Origin: Candidatus Nezhaarchaeales archaeon
GTDB lineage: Archaea > Thermoproteota > Methanomethylicia > Nezhaarchaeales > WYZ-LMO8
NCBI GenBank assembly: GCA_038887515.1
Contig: JAWAKK010000002.1
Location: 76,989 to 140,988 of the forward strand
Direction: 5' to 3'
DNA length: 64,000 bases
This document shows, one piece after another, positions 31,464 through 40,746 of this stretch (positions within the stretch are counted from its first letter, which is position 1; each line of letters begins with the position of its first letter). Position numbers and translations under genes: made by a program. The notes under the pieces were generated by a model. It was not told the DNA's origin. It saw nothing but the letters and a program-made list of their open reading frames with translations, and ran no database searches.

Positions 31464-32056
31464 GGTTCCGTCGTCTTCTCTTTAGAAACCGGAGCAACCG
31501 TAAATAAGTAGTACTTCTCGTTGCCCTTCAGTTCAGTTAAGATTCTCTCCGTCAATATTTCAACTATGTTGCTTATCCCGGTTCTTTTTTCAAAGTCTTC
31601 ATAGCTAGTGAAGGGGGCTTTCTCTCGTTCCTTGATTATGAGCCACATAGTTTTCTTTCCTATCCTAGGTAGGAGTTCGAGGGAGTGCATTTTCGTAGTT
31701 AGCGGCGAAGCGTTGTTTAGAAAATCTACGAACCTGACTTCATGTTCTCTAACTATCTTTTCTACTATTCTGGGTAGCTCGTCTTTAGCCAAAGCTGTTA
31801 AGTCGTCGTAGCTTAATCGCCTTGTTATCCTATCAATTTTCTCCCTAAAGCCTTTCCCTATGAATACCTTTTCGCCCGGCGATAGAAGAACGTTAGGTTT
31901 GGGGACTAGCTCGAGCAACATAAAGAAGTCTTCGCCTACGGCTTGAACTATAGGTTTGCCCATAAACTGGGGACGGCTTTCCCTGAGATAACCTCTAGGC
32001 AAAAAATCTAGGACATAAGCGTATTCCTCAAACTTCTTTTTATGCATAGTCAACAA
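31460..32056 (-). CDS. DUF655 putative RNA-binding protein
   Basis: EEYAYVLDF, HSLELLPRIGKK; conserved rpo4-DUF655-rsmA order. Confidence 0.9.
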   Translation of the reverse strand: MLTMHKKKFEEYAYVLDFLPRGYLRESRPQFMGKPIVQAVGEDFFMLLELVPKPNVLLSPGEKVFIGKGFREKIDRITRRLSYDDLTALAKDELPRIVEKIVREHEVRFVDFLNNASPLTTKMHSLELLPRIGKKTMWLIIKEREKAPFTSYEDFEKRTGISNIVEILTERILTELKGNEKYYLFTVAPVSKEKTTEP

Positions 32057-32085
32057 AATCTAACACCTATGTATAAGGCTAAAGA

Positions 32086-32415
32086 TTATTGAAGGTAGCT
32101 ACGGATTAGCTCTAACATATTTTCAAGGTCCTCAGTTAAGAAGACCCTACCTTCCTTAGCGAGTAAAACTCTTAGTTCCTGCACGGATCCTGGCGAGACG
32201 TTCACTACTTGAACAGCAGTAGTCCTAGAAACCTTAAATTTCTCCACAAGGTCTTCTACTAGTTTCTCAGCTTTATCGGAGGGGATCTTAGAGAATTTGG
32301 AAGCATGATGTAGGGCAGCTGCTTGATATGGCTCTAGGGGGCCTTGCTTTTGTCTAACTTCAAGTAAATCGCGTACTTTAGGTAGGGGTATCTCCTTAAT
32401 GCTTATAACTTTCAT
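32086..32415 (-). CDS. rpo4: RNA polymerase subunit Rpo4 (F)
   Basis: HASKFSK...AEKLVEDL, AVQVVNVSP...ELR; conserved position. Confidence 0.9.
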   Translation of the reverse strand: MKVISIKEIPLPKVRDLLEVRQKQGPLEPYQAAALHHASKFSKIPSDKAEKLVEDLVEKFKVSRTTAVQVVNVSPGSVQELRVLLAKEGRVFLTEDLENMLELIRSYLQ

Positions 32416-32423
32416 TCCTAAGC

Positions 32424-32482
32424 TCTCCCCGAGAGGAATTTAGCTATGAAGTATTTCTCGGGGAGAAAATAAATATATTTAT
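32424..32482. promoter_or_regulatory. Divergent rpo4/rpl21e control region: 11-bp perfect inverted repeat plus 14-bp palindromic TATA
   Basis: TCTCCCCGAGA (32424-34) / TCTCGGGGAGA (32456-66); ATAAATATATTTAT (32469-82) is its own reverse complement. Confidence 0.65.
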
Positions 32483-32542
32483 AGTTCAGAAGGCCTATTC
32501 GAACAGTACTTGAACTCGAGCCTGACGTTAGGGGCGAGGGCT

Positions 32543-32842
32543 TTGAAGAGATCAAAGGGTTTAAGGAGTAAAGGTAGAAGTTTATTATCAAAACATCCGC
32601 GTAAGCGTGGCATAAGAGGGCTAAGCTACCTTTTGTTAGAGTATAAGGTAGGTGATAAAGTCGTCCTCGATATAGATTCGTCCAACATAGGAACGGCACC
32701 TCATAGAAGATACCACGGCCTCACAGGAGTTATCGTGGGCAAGAGGGGTAGGGCCTACGTTGTTGAGACGAAACTTGGGGATAAAACTAAAATAATAATA
32801 ACGACGCCTGAGCACATAAGGCCACTTAAGGCTACAGCCTAG
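32543..32842 (+). CDS. rpl21e: 50S ribosomal protein L21e (inverted relative to neighbours)
   Basis: KRSKGLRSKGR, APHRRYHGLTG, PEHIRP; TTG start at 32543. Confidence 0.96.
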   Translation: MKRSKGLRSKGRSLLSKHPRKRGIRGLSYLLLEYKVGDKVVLDIDSSNIGTAPHRRYHGLTGVIVGKRGRAYVVETKLGDKTKIIITTPEHIRPLKATA

Positions 32843-34179
32843 CCCTCAACTTCAATGACGTCGAGTTCTAAGACCTTTAGCTTAGTGCCGAGGAACTCTT
32901 GGAAACTTGGCGTCGTTCTACCCTCATCTCCATGAATGAGTTCTTTGACATATAGCCCACCTTGACACTTTATCATTACCTCAAAGGTTCTACCACGAAC
33001 ATCCAAGACTTTTACTTCATACACCTTCTTGGTCCGCAACTTATCGGCTCGACGATGTAAAACCCTTCGTGGAGTCAATTGTTTTATAGTCTTTTCTTTA
33101 AAGTAATTAATCAGAGCTTCGATCTTCTCTTTGTCTACGGGGTCCTCCGCTTCTATAAGTGCCCTGTAAGTCTTTCTTTTCACCTTGGCAGATAATTTTA
33201 GCATTCCAACCATGGATTTATTTGTGTATGACATCTCAGAAACTTCGATTATACCTTGCGATTTTTCATTTATGTCCCTTTGAAGCTCCGTAAGATCGAT
33301 GAACCTCTTTTTGGGTTCGATTACCTCTACAACGAATGGTCTTCCTGAACCTAAAACCCTAACATCTATATCCTCCCTTCCAGCTCCGTGAAACTTGGCC
33401 TTAGACGCCTCAAACCTTTCGATTATGGGTTTCGTTATAAGTTCTTCAACCGAATACTTGTAACGTCTTCCAGTCCAATCGCATTCAGGGCAACCAGACC
33501 CCCTACACTTAGAGCAAGGCCACTTCGATTGAGGTATCCCACGCACTAGTTTCTTGTACCGACCATATATGAAGATGGGATAAGGCTTTACATCTACGTT
33601 CATCTTGTGAAAGTCTAATACTATGAGTATGTCCGGTCGTTGGAAATCAACGTTCTTTCCAATCTTAGATCCTATGGCCGAGCCCGCTTCTCTATTGACC
33701 TCCCTCTTTATCGACTCTCCCCACTCTATTCCTATATACGACCTTAAGGCATCTTCCTTCTCGATAATATCGCCGGGTATTCTGCACCCAACAATATACG
33801 TATTAAATTCGTATTCCAAGAGGCGAACAATAGCTTTGTTTATTAGACTGTGTAACGGCTCGAAAAGAAGGCCCTTACACACTTCACAAGACGATACCTC
33901 AGGCACTTCAAAACCACTTTTTGTAAGGAGCTTCCTTGCAGGCTCAAAGCCAGTTTTCGCGATGTTTTGTAGTATTTTAACAGCCTCTTCTTGATGACCT
34001 CTACTTATAAGGTTCGAAGAGAGCATGCAAAGTAGCGTCTTTAAGCTTACTCCTCTAGCTTCATTAGTTAGTGCAACCCCTAGACTAGCGAAAAAGCGAC
34101 CAAAACACTTATCGCATAACACAGCTTTTTCCGCTAACTTTATGGATTTCTCGACGATCTCGGATGCAACATCTAACAT
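32839..34179 (-). CDS. pus10: tRNA pseudouridine(54/55) synthase Pus10
   Basis: N-terminal Zn/THUMP region, GRYKKLVRGIPQSKW, FHGAGREDIDVR, GGLYVKEL. Confidence 0.96.
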   Translation of the reverse strand: MLDVASEIVEKSIKLAEKAVLCDKCFGRFFASLGVALTNEARGVSLKTLLCMLSSNLISRGHQEEAVKILQNIAKTGFEPARKLLTKSGFEVPEVSSCEVCKGLLFEPLHSLINKAIVRLLEYEFNTYIVGCRIPGDIIEKEDALRSYIGIEWGESIKREVNREAGSAIGSKIGKNVDFQRPDILIVLDFHKMNVDVKPYPIFIYGRYKKLVRGIPQSKWPCSKCRGSGCPECDWTGRRYKYSVEELITKPIIERFEASKAKFHGAGREDIDVRVLGSGRPFVVEVIEPKKRFIDLTELQRDINEKSQGIIEVSEMSYTNKSMVGMLKLSAKVKRKTYRALIEAEDPVDKEKIEALINYFKEKTIKQLTPRRVLHRRADKLRTKKVYEVKVLDVRGRTFEVMIKCQGGLYVKELIHGDEGRTTPSFQEFLGTKLKVLELDVIEVEG

Positions 34180-34205
34180 GCGCTATACCTCGTCTTTGAT
34201 GGACC

Positions 34206-35537
34206 TTAGGACCTAAAAGGTAATGGTAGACGACCTTTCCGCTGCTTCCTCATGAAGGTCTTGATCATCCGCCTAATCCCTTCGTAAGCGTCGAGAAGGT
34301 CTTTAACATCTTTAACCTTAACTCCACTACCTCGAGCTATCCTCCTCATCCTAGACCTATTTATTACCTCGGGGTTTTCTAGCTCTTCTTTTGTCATGGA
34401 TTTAACTATGACGGTCCACTTGTCAAGCTTTTCTTGTGCTACATCCGCAATTTCGTCGGGTAAGCTTAAACCGAATCCCGGTATCATTTCAAGAACCTTC
34501 CGTAGAGGTCCAAGCTTCTTTAATCTCTCTAGCTGATGAATCATGTCTTTTAAAGTAAGCTTACCGCTAAGTATGTTCTTCATTTCCTCTTCTTTTAACG
34601 AAGCTTCTTTTACCTTCTCCGCTAACGACTTAAGGTCCCCCATGCCTAGTAGTCTGCTAACAAAACTTGAAGGATCAAAGATTTCAAATTCTTCGATTTT
34701 TTCTCCTACACCCACAAATTTTATTTGGGCACCTGTAGCGACGACAGCTGATAGTGCTCCTCCACCTCTTGCAGCTCCATCTAGTTTTGTTACAACTATC
34801 GATCCTATCTTCGTCGAATTATTGAAGGCTTCTGCCTGAACTCTAGCTTGTTGTCCTATAGTAGCGTCGATGACTAAGATCACTTCGTCAGGGTTTATGG
34901 TTTCACTTAGTTGCTTCATTTCCTCCATTAGCGCTGACTCGTTCTTATGTCTCCCAGCGGTGTCGATGATTATGACGTTACAGCCGTTCTTCTTAAGCTC
35001 GTCAACTCCTCTTAGAGCTATCTCTACTGGATTACTAGACTTATCACCATAAAATGGGACGCCCACCTTTAGCGCTAACTGTTTTAGTTGATCGTAAGCC
35101 CCGGGTCTAAAGGTGTCGGCGCAAACTATTCCTGGACGGTGCCCCCTGCTCTTATAAAACCACGCCAACTTTGCGGCGGTTGTAGTCTTGCCAGAGCCTT
35201 GTACCCCCACAAGCATAATTACTATCGGTTTAGCTGTGGGAAATAGTATGTTAGGTTGTTTTTCTCCACCTAGAGACTCTAAGAGGGATTCGTAGAGAAC
35301 CTTAAGGGTAACATCCCTTCTAGTGAAGCCCGGAGGAACCGGTTCTTTAAGCGCTTTCTCCTCAATTTTTTGCGTTATCTTAAGTACCAAGTCAACATTC
35401 ACATCAGCCAGAAGGAGTGCCCTCTGAACATCCCTAATTAACTCCTTAACTGCAAGTTCATCTGCTACCGGTCTCCCTAAGAACTTCTTTACAGCCTCTC
35501 GAAGTGAAGTGCCTAGTTTTCCTAGCATCAACCTCAA
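34206..35537 (-). CDS. srp54: Signal recognition particle protein SRP54
   Basis: GVQGSGKTTT, DTAGR, TKLDGAARGGGALS, M domain SRMRRIARGSG. Confidence 0.98.
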   Translation of the reverse strand: MRLMLGKLGTSLREAVKKFLGRPVADELAVKELIRDVQRALLLADVNVDLVLKITQKIEEKALKEPVPPGFTRRDVTLKVLYESLLESLGGEKQPNILFPTAKPIVIMLVGVQGSGKTTTAAKLAWFYKSRGHRPGIVCADTFRPGAYDQLKQLALKVGVPFYGDKSSNPVEIALRGVDELKKNGCNVIIIDTAGRHKNESALMEEMKQLSETINPDEVILVIDATIGQQARVQAEAFNNSTKIGSIVVTKLDGAARGGGALSAVVATGAQIKFVGVGEKIEEFEIFDPSSFVSRLLGMGDLKSLAEKVKEASLKEEEMKNILSGKLTLKDMIHQLERLKKLGPLRKVLEMIPGFGLSLPDEIADVAQEKLDKWTVIVKSMTKEELENPEVINRSRMRRIARGSGVKVKDVKDLLDAYEGIRRMIKTFMRKQRKGRLPLPFRS

Positions 35538-35571
35538 ACCCTTTATAAGTGAATATGCTTAAATTTATTTA

Positions 35572-36666
35572 GTGATCCCTATTTTTCGCTATCACGTGTA
35601 CGATCTGAGGGTTAACGATGTCGCAGCCTTCATAGACAAACAGCATATAAAGAAAGTACTACTTCAATTTGCCGATGGATTAAAGCAATATTCCTGTTAC
35701 GTTTATGAAGAGCTAGGCGAGAGGAAACCTAACGTCGAAGTCTACCTATCAGGTTCCAGCTGCTACGGTGCGTGTGATGTTGCTTTTGATGAAGCGGTAA
35801 ACATAGGTGTTAACGGTATAGTGCATTATGGTCATACATCTTTTCCTGAAAGCTTTACCTATGCTGATAAGCTAGGGGTCAAATTACTCTTCGTAGAAGC
35901 ATTTTCAAGAGTTGACATAAGTAAGGCGCTTGATAAAGCCCTTGATATCATAAGTTCTATGGGAAATGTGACTAACGTAGGTCTCACGGCATCTCTTCAG
36001 GAGATCCCTCAAATTCCTATTGTAAAGCAACTCTTAGAGAGGGAGGGTTACCAAGTCCATGTAGGTATAGGCTCTGACAGAGTTAAATATCCAGGTCAGG
36101 TCTTAGGTTGCGACTATACGTCAGCTCTATTAATTAAGGATAGCGTAGAGACTTTCTTGCACATAGGAGGAGGGCTCTTTCATGCTATAGGTCTTAGCAT
36201 AGCGGTTCAAAAGCCCGTAGTATTATGCGACCCCTACCGAAGCGAGGCGAGAGATGTCGAAAGCGAGGCTAGGCGCGTAAAGGCTGTGAGGTTACATGAA
36301 GTCCTAAAAGTTATGGATGAAGCAAGACATTTCTGTATAGTTGTAGGATGTAAGTGGAGGCAGAGGCACGTAGGCTCTGCTATGAAAATAAAAAGGCTAC
36401 TTGAAAGGAAGGGTAAGAAGGCGAACCTAATGATGTTGTACGAGGTAACTCCGCAAACATTAGAGAACGTGGCTGAACCTGATGCTTTCGTGATAACAGC
36501 TTGTCCAAGAATACCGATAGACGACTACATGAACTATAGAAGGCCTATACTGACGGTCCTTGAAGCGTTAATTGTAGCGGGAGAATTAAAGCTTGAGGAG
36601 TGGTCTTTGTGTGATTGGACGTTTAACGAAAAAGCAGCTCGCACTATTACTTTCAAGGGTAGGTGA
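35572..36666 (+). CDS. dph2: Diphthamide biosynthesis protein Dph2
   Basis: LQFADGL, CYGACD, GQVLGC, TACPRI (three Fe-S Cys). Confidence 0.94.
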   Translation: MIPIFRYHVYDLRVNDVAAFIDKQHIKKVLLQFADGLKQYSCYVYEELGERKPNVEVYLSGSSCYGACDVAFDEAVNIGVNGIVHYGHTSFPESFTYADKLGVKLLFVEAFSRVDISKALDKALDIISSMGNVTNVGLTASLQEIPQIPIVKQLLEREGYQVHVGIGSDRVKYPGQVLGCDYTSALLIKDSVETFLHIGGGLFHAIGLSIAVQKPVVLCDPYRSEARDVESEARRVKAVRLHEVLKVMDEARHFCIVVGCKWRQRHVGSAMKIKRLLERKGKKANLMMLYEVTPQTLENVAEPDAFVITACPRIPIDDYMNYRRPILTVLEALIVAGELKLEEWSLCDWTFNEKAARTITFKGR

Positions 36667-37237
36667 ACATCCAGCACCTAAGGTTACACTCGAGCAGTAT
36701 ACCCTAGTAAGCGAAGAGGTAAGCGAGATATTATGGACTATAGAAACTGCATTTGGTGATATAGGTGGGAAAGTACTCGTCGATTTAGGTTGCGGGACGG
36801 GTAGGCTAGCAATAGGCTCAGCCTTGCTAGGTGCTGGCTACGTAATCGGTGTAGACATAGATAAGTCGGCGTTGAGTGTGGCCGTAAGGTCGGCTAAAGA
36901 GCTTAGGGTTGATGATCGGACTTCCTGGATCTTAGCCTCAGCCCACGCCATCAATTTAAGAGCTGACGTCGTAGTCCAGAACCCGCCCTACGGCGTAAAA
37001 AGGGAAGGAGCTGATAGGCCTTTCTTAGAAGCTGCACTTAGAATAGCTCCAATAGTCTACAGCCTACACAAGTCAGGTCGAAAAAATAGGCTATTCTTAA
37101 AAAGATATATTGAGAGTTTAGGAGGGGTTATTGATAGGGTTATACCTCTTGAAGTGACTATAAAGCCAATATTTGAGTTTCACATCAAGAGGAATTACAA
37201 AGTTAAAGTAGATCTATACAGGATATTGAGGAAATGA
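36611..37237 (+). CDS. METTL5-family RNA methyltransferase
   Basis: LEQY, DLGCGTGRL, QNPPYG, YSLH; start uncertain (GTG 36593 or 36611). Confidence 0.88.
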   Translation: MIGRLTKKQLALLLSRVGEHPAPKVTLEQYTLVSEEVSEILWTIETAFGDIGGKVLVDLGCGTGRLAIGSALLGAGYVIGVDIDKSALSVAVRSAKELRVDDRTSWILASAHAINLRADVVVQNPPYGVKREGADRPFLEAALRIAPIVYSLHKSGRKNRLFLKRYIESLGGVIDRVIPLEVTIKPIFEFHIKRNYKVKVDLYRILRK

Positions 37238-37252
37238 ATGAGGTAAGGAGAG

Positions 37253-37831
37253 ATGAATGAGAAAGTACTAAAAGAAGTCGTCGTTCCGGGAGAGGAAATA
37301 GGGGTAATAGAAGAGTTCTTGCCAGGAGAAGGGACGTACATCGATGGAAGCTTAATAAGGTCAACGATGCTAGGCGTTGCAACACTGGATATTAAAGAGA
37401 GGAGAGCAAGCATCAAACCATTGCTCAAGAAGATTCCACTCCCCATAGAAAGGGGGGACATCGTGATAGGCGAAGTCGTTGGGATGAAAAGGGATACGGC
37501 AACGGTCCTCATAAAAAAGAACGAAAGCAAAGGACTGGCTATAAACAATCCGTTTCATGGATTACTTCATGTAAGCCAAGTTAGTAATAAATTTGTGGAA
37601 CTCTTGTCCGATGCGGTGAAGGTAACGGACGTTTTGATAGCTAAAGTATTAAACAGCAAGCCGCCTTATCAACTGTCAATAAAAGAAAAGGGATTAGGCG
37701 TGATTCTAGCCTTTTGCCCTAATTGTCAAGCCCCTATGTCTATTAAGAATAGAAAACTTTATTGTATAAAATGTAAAATCCAAGAGACAAGAAAACTCTC
37801 TACAAGGTATTCGACTAATCTAAAACTGTAG
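37253..37831 (+). CDS. csl4: Exosome RNA-binding subunit Csl4
   Basis: VVPGEEIG..EEF..GEGTY, S1 domain, LGVILAFCPNC...CIKC. Confidence 0.93.
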   Translation: MNEKVLKEVVVPGEEIGVIEEFLPGEGTYIDGSLIRSTMLGVATLDIKERRASIKPLLKKIPLPIERGDIVIGEVVGMKRDTATVLIKKNESKGLAINNPFHGLLHVSQVSNKFVELLSDAVKVTDVLIAKVLNSKPPYQLSIKEKGLGVILAFCPNCQAPMSIKNRKLYCIKCKIQETRKLSTRYSTNLKL

Positions 37832-37844
37832 TGGATGATGAGAG

Positions 37845-38129
37845 ATGAAATTGAGGGTTTTGGAAAAGGATGAAAGGAGCTTGAAAATAGAGATAATAGG
37901 CGAGGGACATACGTTTTGCAACTTACTAAGGGATTTTCTACTAAAGAACCCAGATGTAGAGTTCGCAGCCTATAGGATCGACCATCCATTGGTCTCTAAT
38001 CCTGTCTTCTACGTAAAGACTAGAGAACATAGACCTGAAGAAGCCCTAAGAAGTGCGGCAGAAGAAATGATTAACGCACTTGAGGAATTCAAGAAGTTGC
38101 TTTATAACGCTATGAAGCAATTGGTTTGA
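37845..38129 (+). CDS. rpo11: RNA polymerase subunit Rpo11 (L)
   Basis: GEGHTFCNLL, FAAYRIDHPL. Confidence 0.96.
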   Translation: MKLRVLEKDERSLKIEIIGEGHTFCNLLRDFLLKNPDVEFAAYRIDHPLVSNPVFYVKTREHRPEEALRSAAEEMINALEEFKKLLYNAMKQLV

Positions 38130-38130
38130 A

Positions 38131-38517
38131 GTGGCTTTCATGAAGAGGGAGCAAAGGGTTCTAGCGATAACAGGGAACGGTGATGTCCTTGTAAGTGTCT
38201 TGTACAGGGGGGAATTATTGTTCGAAAGCCTAGACGTAAAGGTACTTAAACAAAAGTTAAGTGTAGAGGAAGCTTTAAAGTCGGAATACTTGTACCAAGC
38301 CAGAACTATCGTGATAGATGAAAATGTCTTTAAAAGCATTGGAGATACTATCAAAAGTCTATTATCGACTTTAATTTCTCAAAAGAGAGTTAAAGTCGTG
38401 ATTTGGAAGGGCGGAGCTGGCGAAGTCCCATACCTTCAAGGCGAAATACCAGAAGCTTTAAGAGTAGCGAAGAAGATTTTCTCTGAAATACGCGACATAA
38501 TTCGGAATGTACCTTGA
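38131..38517 (+). CDS. Hypothetical protein, possibly a shortened degenerate DUF99 (EndoV-like) homolog
   Basis: Occupies the rpo11-tfs slot where DUF99 is usual; RVLAI...VSVLYRG...QARTIVID echoes the DUF99 pattern. Confidence 0.45.
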   Translation: MAFMKREQRVLAITGNGDVLVSVLYRGELLFESLDVKVLKQKLSVEEALKSEYLYQARTIVIDENVFKSIGDTIKSLLSTLISQKRVKVVIWKGGAGEVPYLQGEIPEALRVAKKIFSEIRDIIRNVP

Positions 38518-38526
38518 GGTGAGATT

Positions 38527-38856
38527 CTGCTACCGATATGTCCAAAATGTGGCACGTTTATGACCCTAAAGAAGGAAAATGGAAAATCTTATTGGGCTTG
38601 TAAGCGCTGCGGTCACCTAGAAGAGAACGTGAGAGTAGTGAAGAAGGAACAGATAACTCATACGCAGAAGGAAAAGGTCGTAGTAATCGAGGAAGGCAGT
38701 TCATACAAAGCAATGCCTAAGATAGCGGCGACATGTCCAGAATGTGGCTACAACGAGGCTTACTACTGGATGGTCCAGACGCGTAGAGCTGATGAAGGTA
38801 TGACTAGGTTCTTCCGTTGTGTAAAGTGTGGAAGGACTTGGAGAGAGTATCATTAA
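38527..38856 (+). CDS. tfs: Transcription factor S (TFS/RpoM family), probable CTG start
   Basis: CPKC...CKRC N-terminal ribbon; CPEC...QTRRADEGMTRFFRCVKC C-terminal ribbon. The first CxxC lies upstream of ATG 38560, with no in-frame ATG/GTG/TTG after stop 38515-17. Confidence 0.9.
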   Translation: MLPICPKCGTFMTLKKENGKSYWACKRCGHLEENVRVVKKEQITHTQKEKVVVIEEGSSYKAMPKIAATCPECGYNEAYYWMVQTRRADEGMTRFFRCVKCGRTWREYH

Positions 38857-38944
38857 TAGCGAGTCGACGGTAGACTATTGTTAAACGCTTAAAAAGTTAA
38901 AATTAAGCTAAGCTACGTATAACTTCTGGTTGGGAGGATAGATT

Positions 38945-39694
38945 ATGTTTAAAGCTGTATTTAGAGATGCCAGATTGTGGTATAGAATAGTTGAAGCATT
39001 GTCATCGCTTATCGACGAGGGCACTATAAAAATAAGCGAAGAAGGCCTACGCTTGAGGGCTATGGATCCATCTAAGATAGCTATGATAGACTTTGAAATG
39101 CCTCGAGATGCGTTTGATGAATATCAGTGCGATGGAGAGATGACGATAGGTCTTAATTTTGACGAGTTAAATAAGATAGTTAAGAGGGGCAGCGCTAAAG
39201 AAAAGGTACAACTTGAAGTACCACCTGGTAGCGCAAGACTTAAAGTCATACTGAAAGGTAAGGCTTCGAGGAGCTTTTCAATCCCTTTGATCGACTTAGA
39301 GTATGAAGAGTTGCCAACACCAACGCTCTCATTTAACGTTAAGGCTACCGTAATGGCTGATACTTTTGAAGAGGCTTTAAAGGACGTAGAATTAGTAAGC
39401 GACTACGTAAAGTTAGAGGGGCGACCCAACGCAATCGTGGTTAGAGGTCAAAGTGATAAAGGTGAGGTGGAGGCCACATTAACAGCGGAAACAGGCGCAC
39501 TTTTAGAATTAGACTTGAAAGAAGAGTCTGTTGCATCGTATAGTCTCGAGTACTTAATGGATATGCTTAAGGCAAACAAAGCGGCTGAAGTTGCAACTCT
39601 TGAGTTCTCGACAAATATGCCCCTGAGCTTGACCTTTCCAATCCCTGGCGGAGGAACCATAAGGTATTACCTGGCCCCTAGATTAGAAGAGTAA
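38945..39694 (+). CDS. pcn: DNA polymerase sliding clamp PCNA
   Basis: LRAMDPSKIAM, YSLEYL, FSTNMPL, YYLAPR. Confidence 0.97.
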   Translation: MFKAVFRDARLWYRIVEALSSLIDEGTIKISEEGLRLRAMDPSKIAMIDFEMPRDAFDEYQCDGEMTIGLNFDELNKIVKRGSAKEKVQLEVPPGSARLKVILKGKASRSFSIPLIDLEYEELPTPTLSFNVKATVMADTFEEALKDVELVSDYVKLEGRPNAIVVRGQSDKGEVEATLTAETGALLELDLKEESVASYSLEYLMDMLKANKAAEVATLEFSTNMPLSLTFPIPGGGTIRYYLAPRLEE

Positions 39695-40746
39695 TGAGGA
39701 CCATGATTTTTTCTAAGCTTGATGCAGCCCTCTATCCATTTATAAGTTTAGCTTCGCAAATAGTAGAGGAATTAGAGAGTAGCTTGGGAGTGAACGTAAT
39801 CCTAGCGTCTGACTCAGAAGTTCTTCGAAGAAGTGTTGAACGTATTAGAGAAGCGGTATATGCTCGGGTTACATCGACCTACGAAAAGGACCTAGACGTT
39901 GAAATATTGTCTCACCCAGTAGCGTTATTGCTTGTAAAGAGCGCAAATAATACTAGGTTACTCAATGTATATGCAGAAGCCGAGAAAAACAGGGTTCTAA
40001 TGAAATTGTTGCACGAAAGCTATGAGAAGCTTATAGAGTTGGCTATTGATGGCTTCAGTTGGCGTGTCCGAAAGGAAGAAAATAGGCTACTTTTACGATT
40101 CGACGATTATCTCAGGGCTTCAATTAATATTGTCGACTCTTACTGGAAACTAGTTAATAGAGAAGTTGCGAATGGATATGTTGAGCTATCTAAAAGGGAC
40201 TTTTCGAGACTCATGGCCGAAGCTTATAGGATGAGGATATTAGATAAGACACAACGAGAAGAGGACATTAAAGTTCCTGAACATATTAAGCTTCTCGCAG
40301 AAGAACTAAATAAAGAATTTCAAGAAGTTCTACCTAAAGGCGATGTAAAGGTAGCGTTTATTGGCGAGTATAATCCTTCGGCGTTTCCTCCTTGTATTTT
40401 GAGGATGCTTGATGATGCCAATCAAGGTAAGAATATTCCTCACATGGCTCGCTTCACTCTTGCAACGTTCCTCCTATCCATAGGAAAGAGGCCTGAAGAG
40501 CTTTTAGAAATATTTCGTAAAATGCCCGATTTTGACGAGGACAGAACCTTATATCATTTAAGACATATAGCTGGCGAAATAGGTTCGAGGAAAAAATACC
40601 TTCCGCCAAGCTGTGCAACTCTGAGAACGTTCAATCTGTGTTCATCAGATGGTGGGATTTGCTTTAGAGTTAAGCATCCATTAGTTTACTACAACATCAA
40701 ACTCAAGAAATTAAAGAGTGAAGGCCATGAAGGAGAAGCTAGATAA
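39694..40746 (+). CDS. priL: DNA primase large subunit PriL
   Basis: FPPCI, HMARFTLATFL, YLPPSC...LC...C Fe-S ligands, HPL.YY. Confidence 0.95.
   Translation: MRTMIFSKLDAALYPFISLASQIVEELESSLGVNVILASDSEVLRRSVERIREAVYARVTSTYEKDLDVEILSHPVALLLVKSANNTRLLNVYAEAEKNRVLMKLLHESYEKLIELAIDGFSWRVRKEENRLLLRFDDYLRASINIVDSYWKLVNREVANGYVELSKRDFSRLMAEAYRMRILDKTQREEDIKVPEHIKLLAEELNKEFQEVLPKGDVKVAFIGEYNPSAFPPCILRMLDDANQGKNIPHMARFTLATFLLSIGKRPEELLEIFRKMPDFDEDRTLYHLRHIAGEIGSRKKYLPPSCATLRTFNLCSSDGGICFRVKHPLVYYNIKLKKLKSEGHEGEAR

Noticed and set aside
38519-38541. 11-nt bulge-helix-bulge intron in the TFS mRNA restoring MRFCPKC
   Set aside because: I tested all four equivalent splice registers; none forms the 4-bp central helix that BHB splicing needs.
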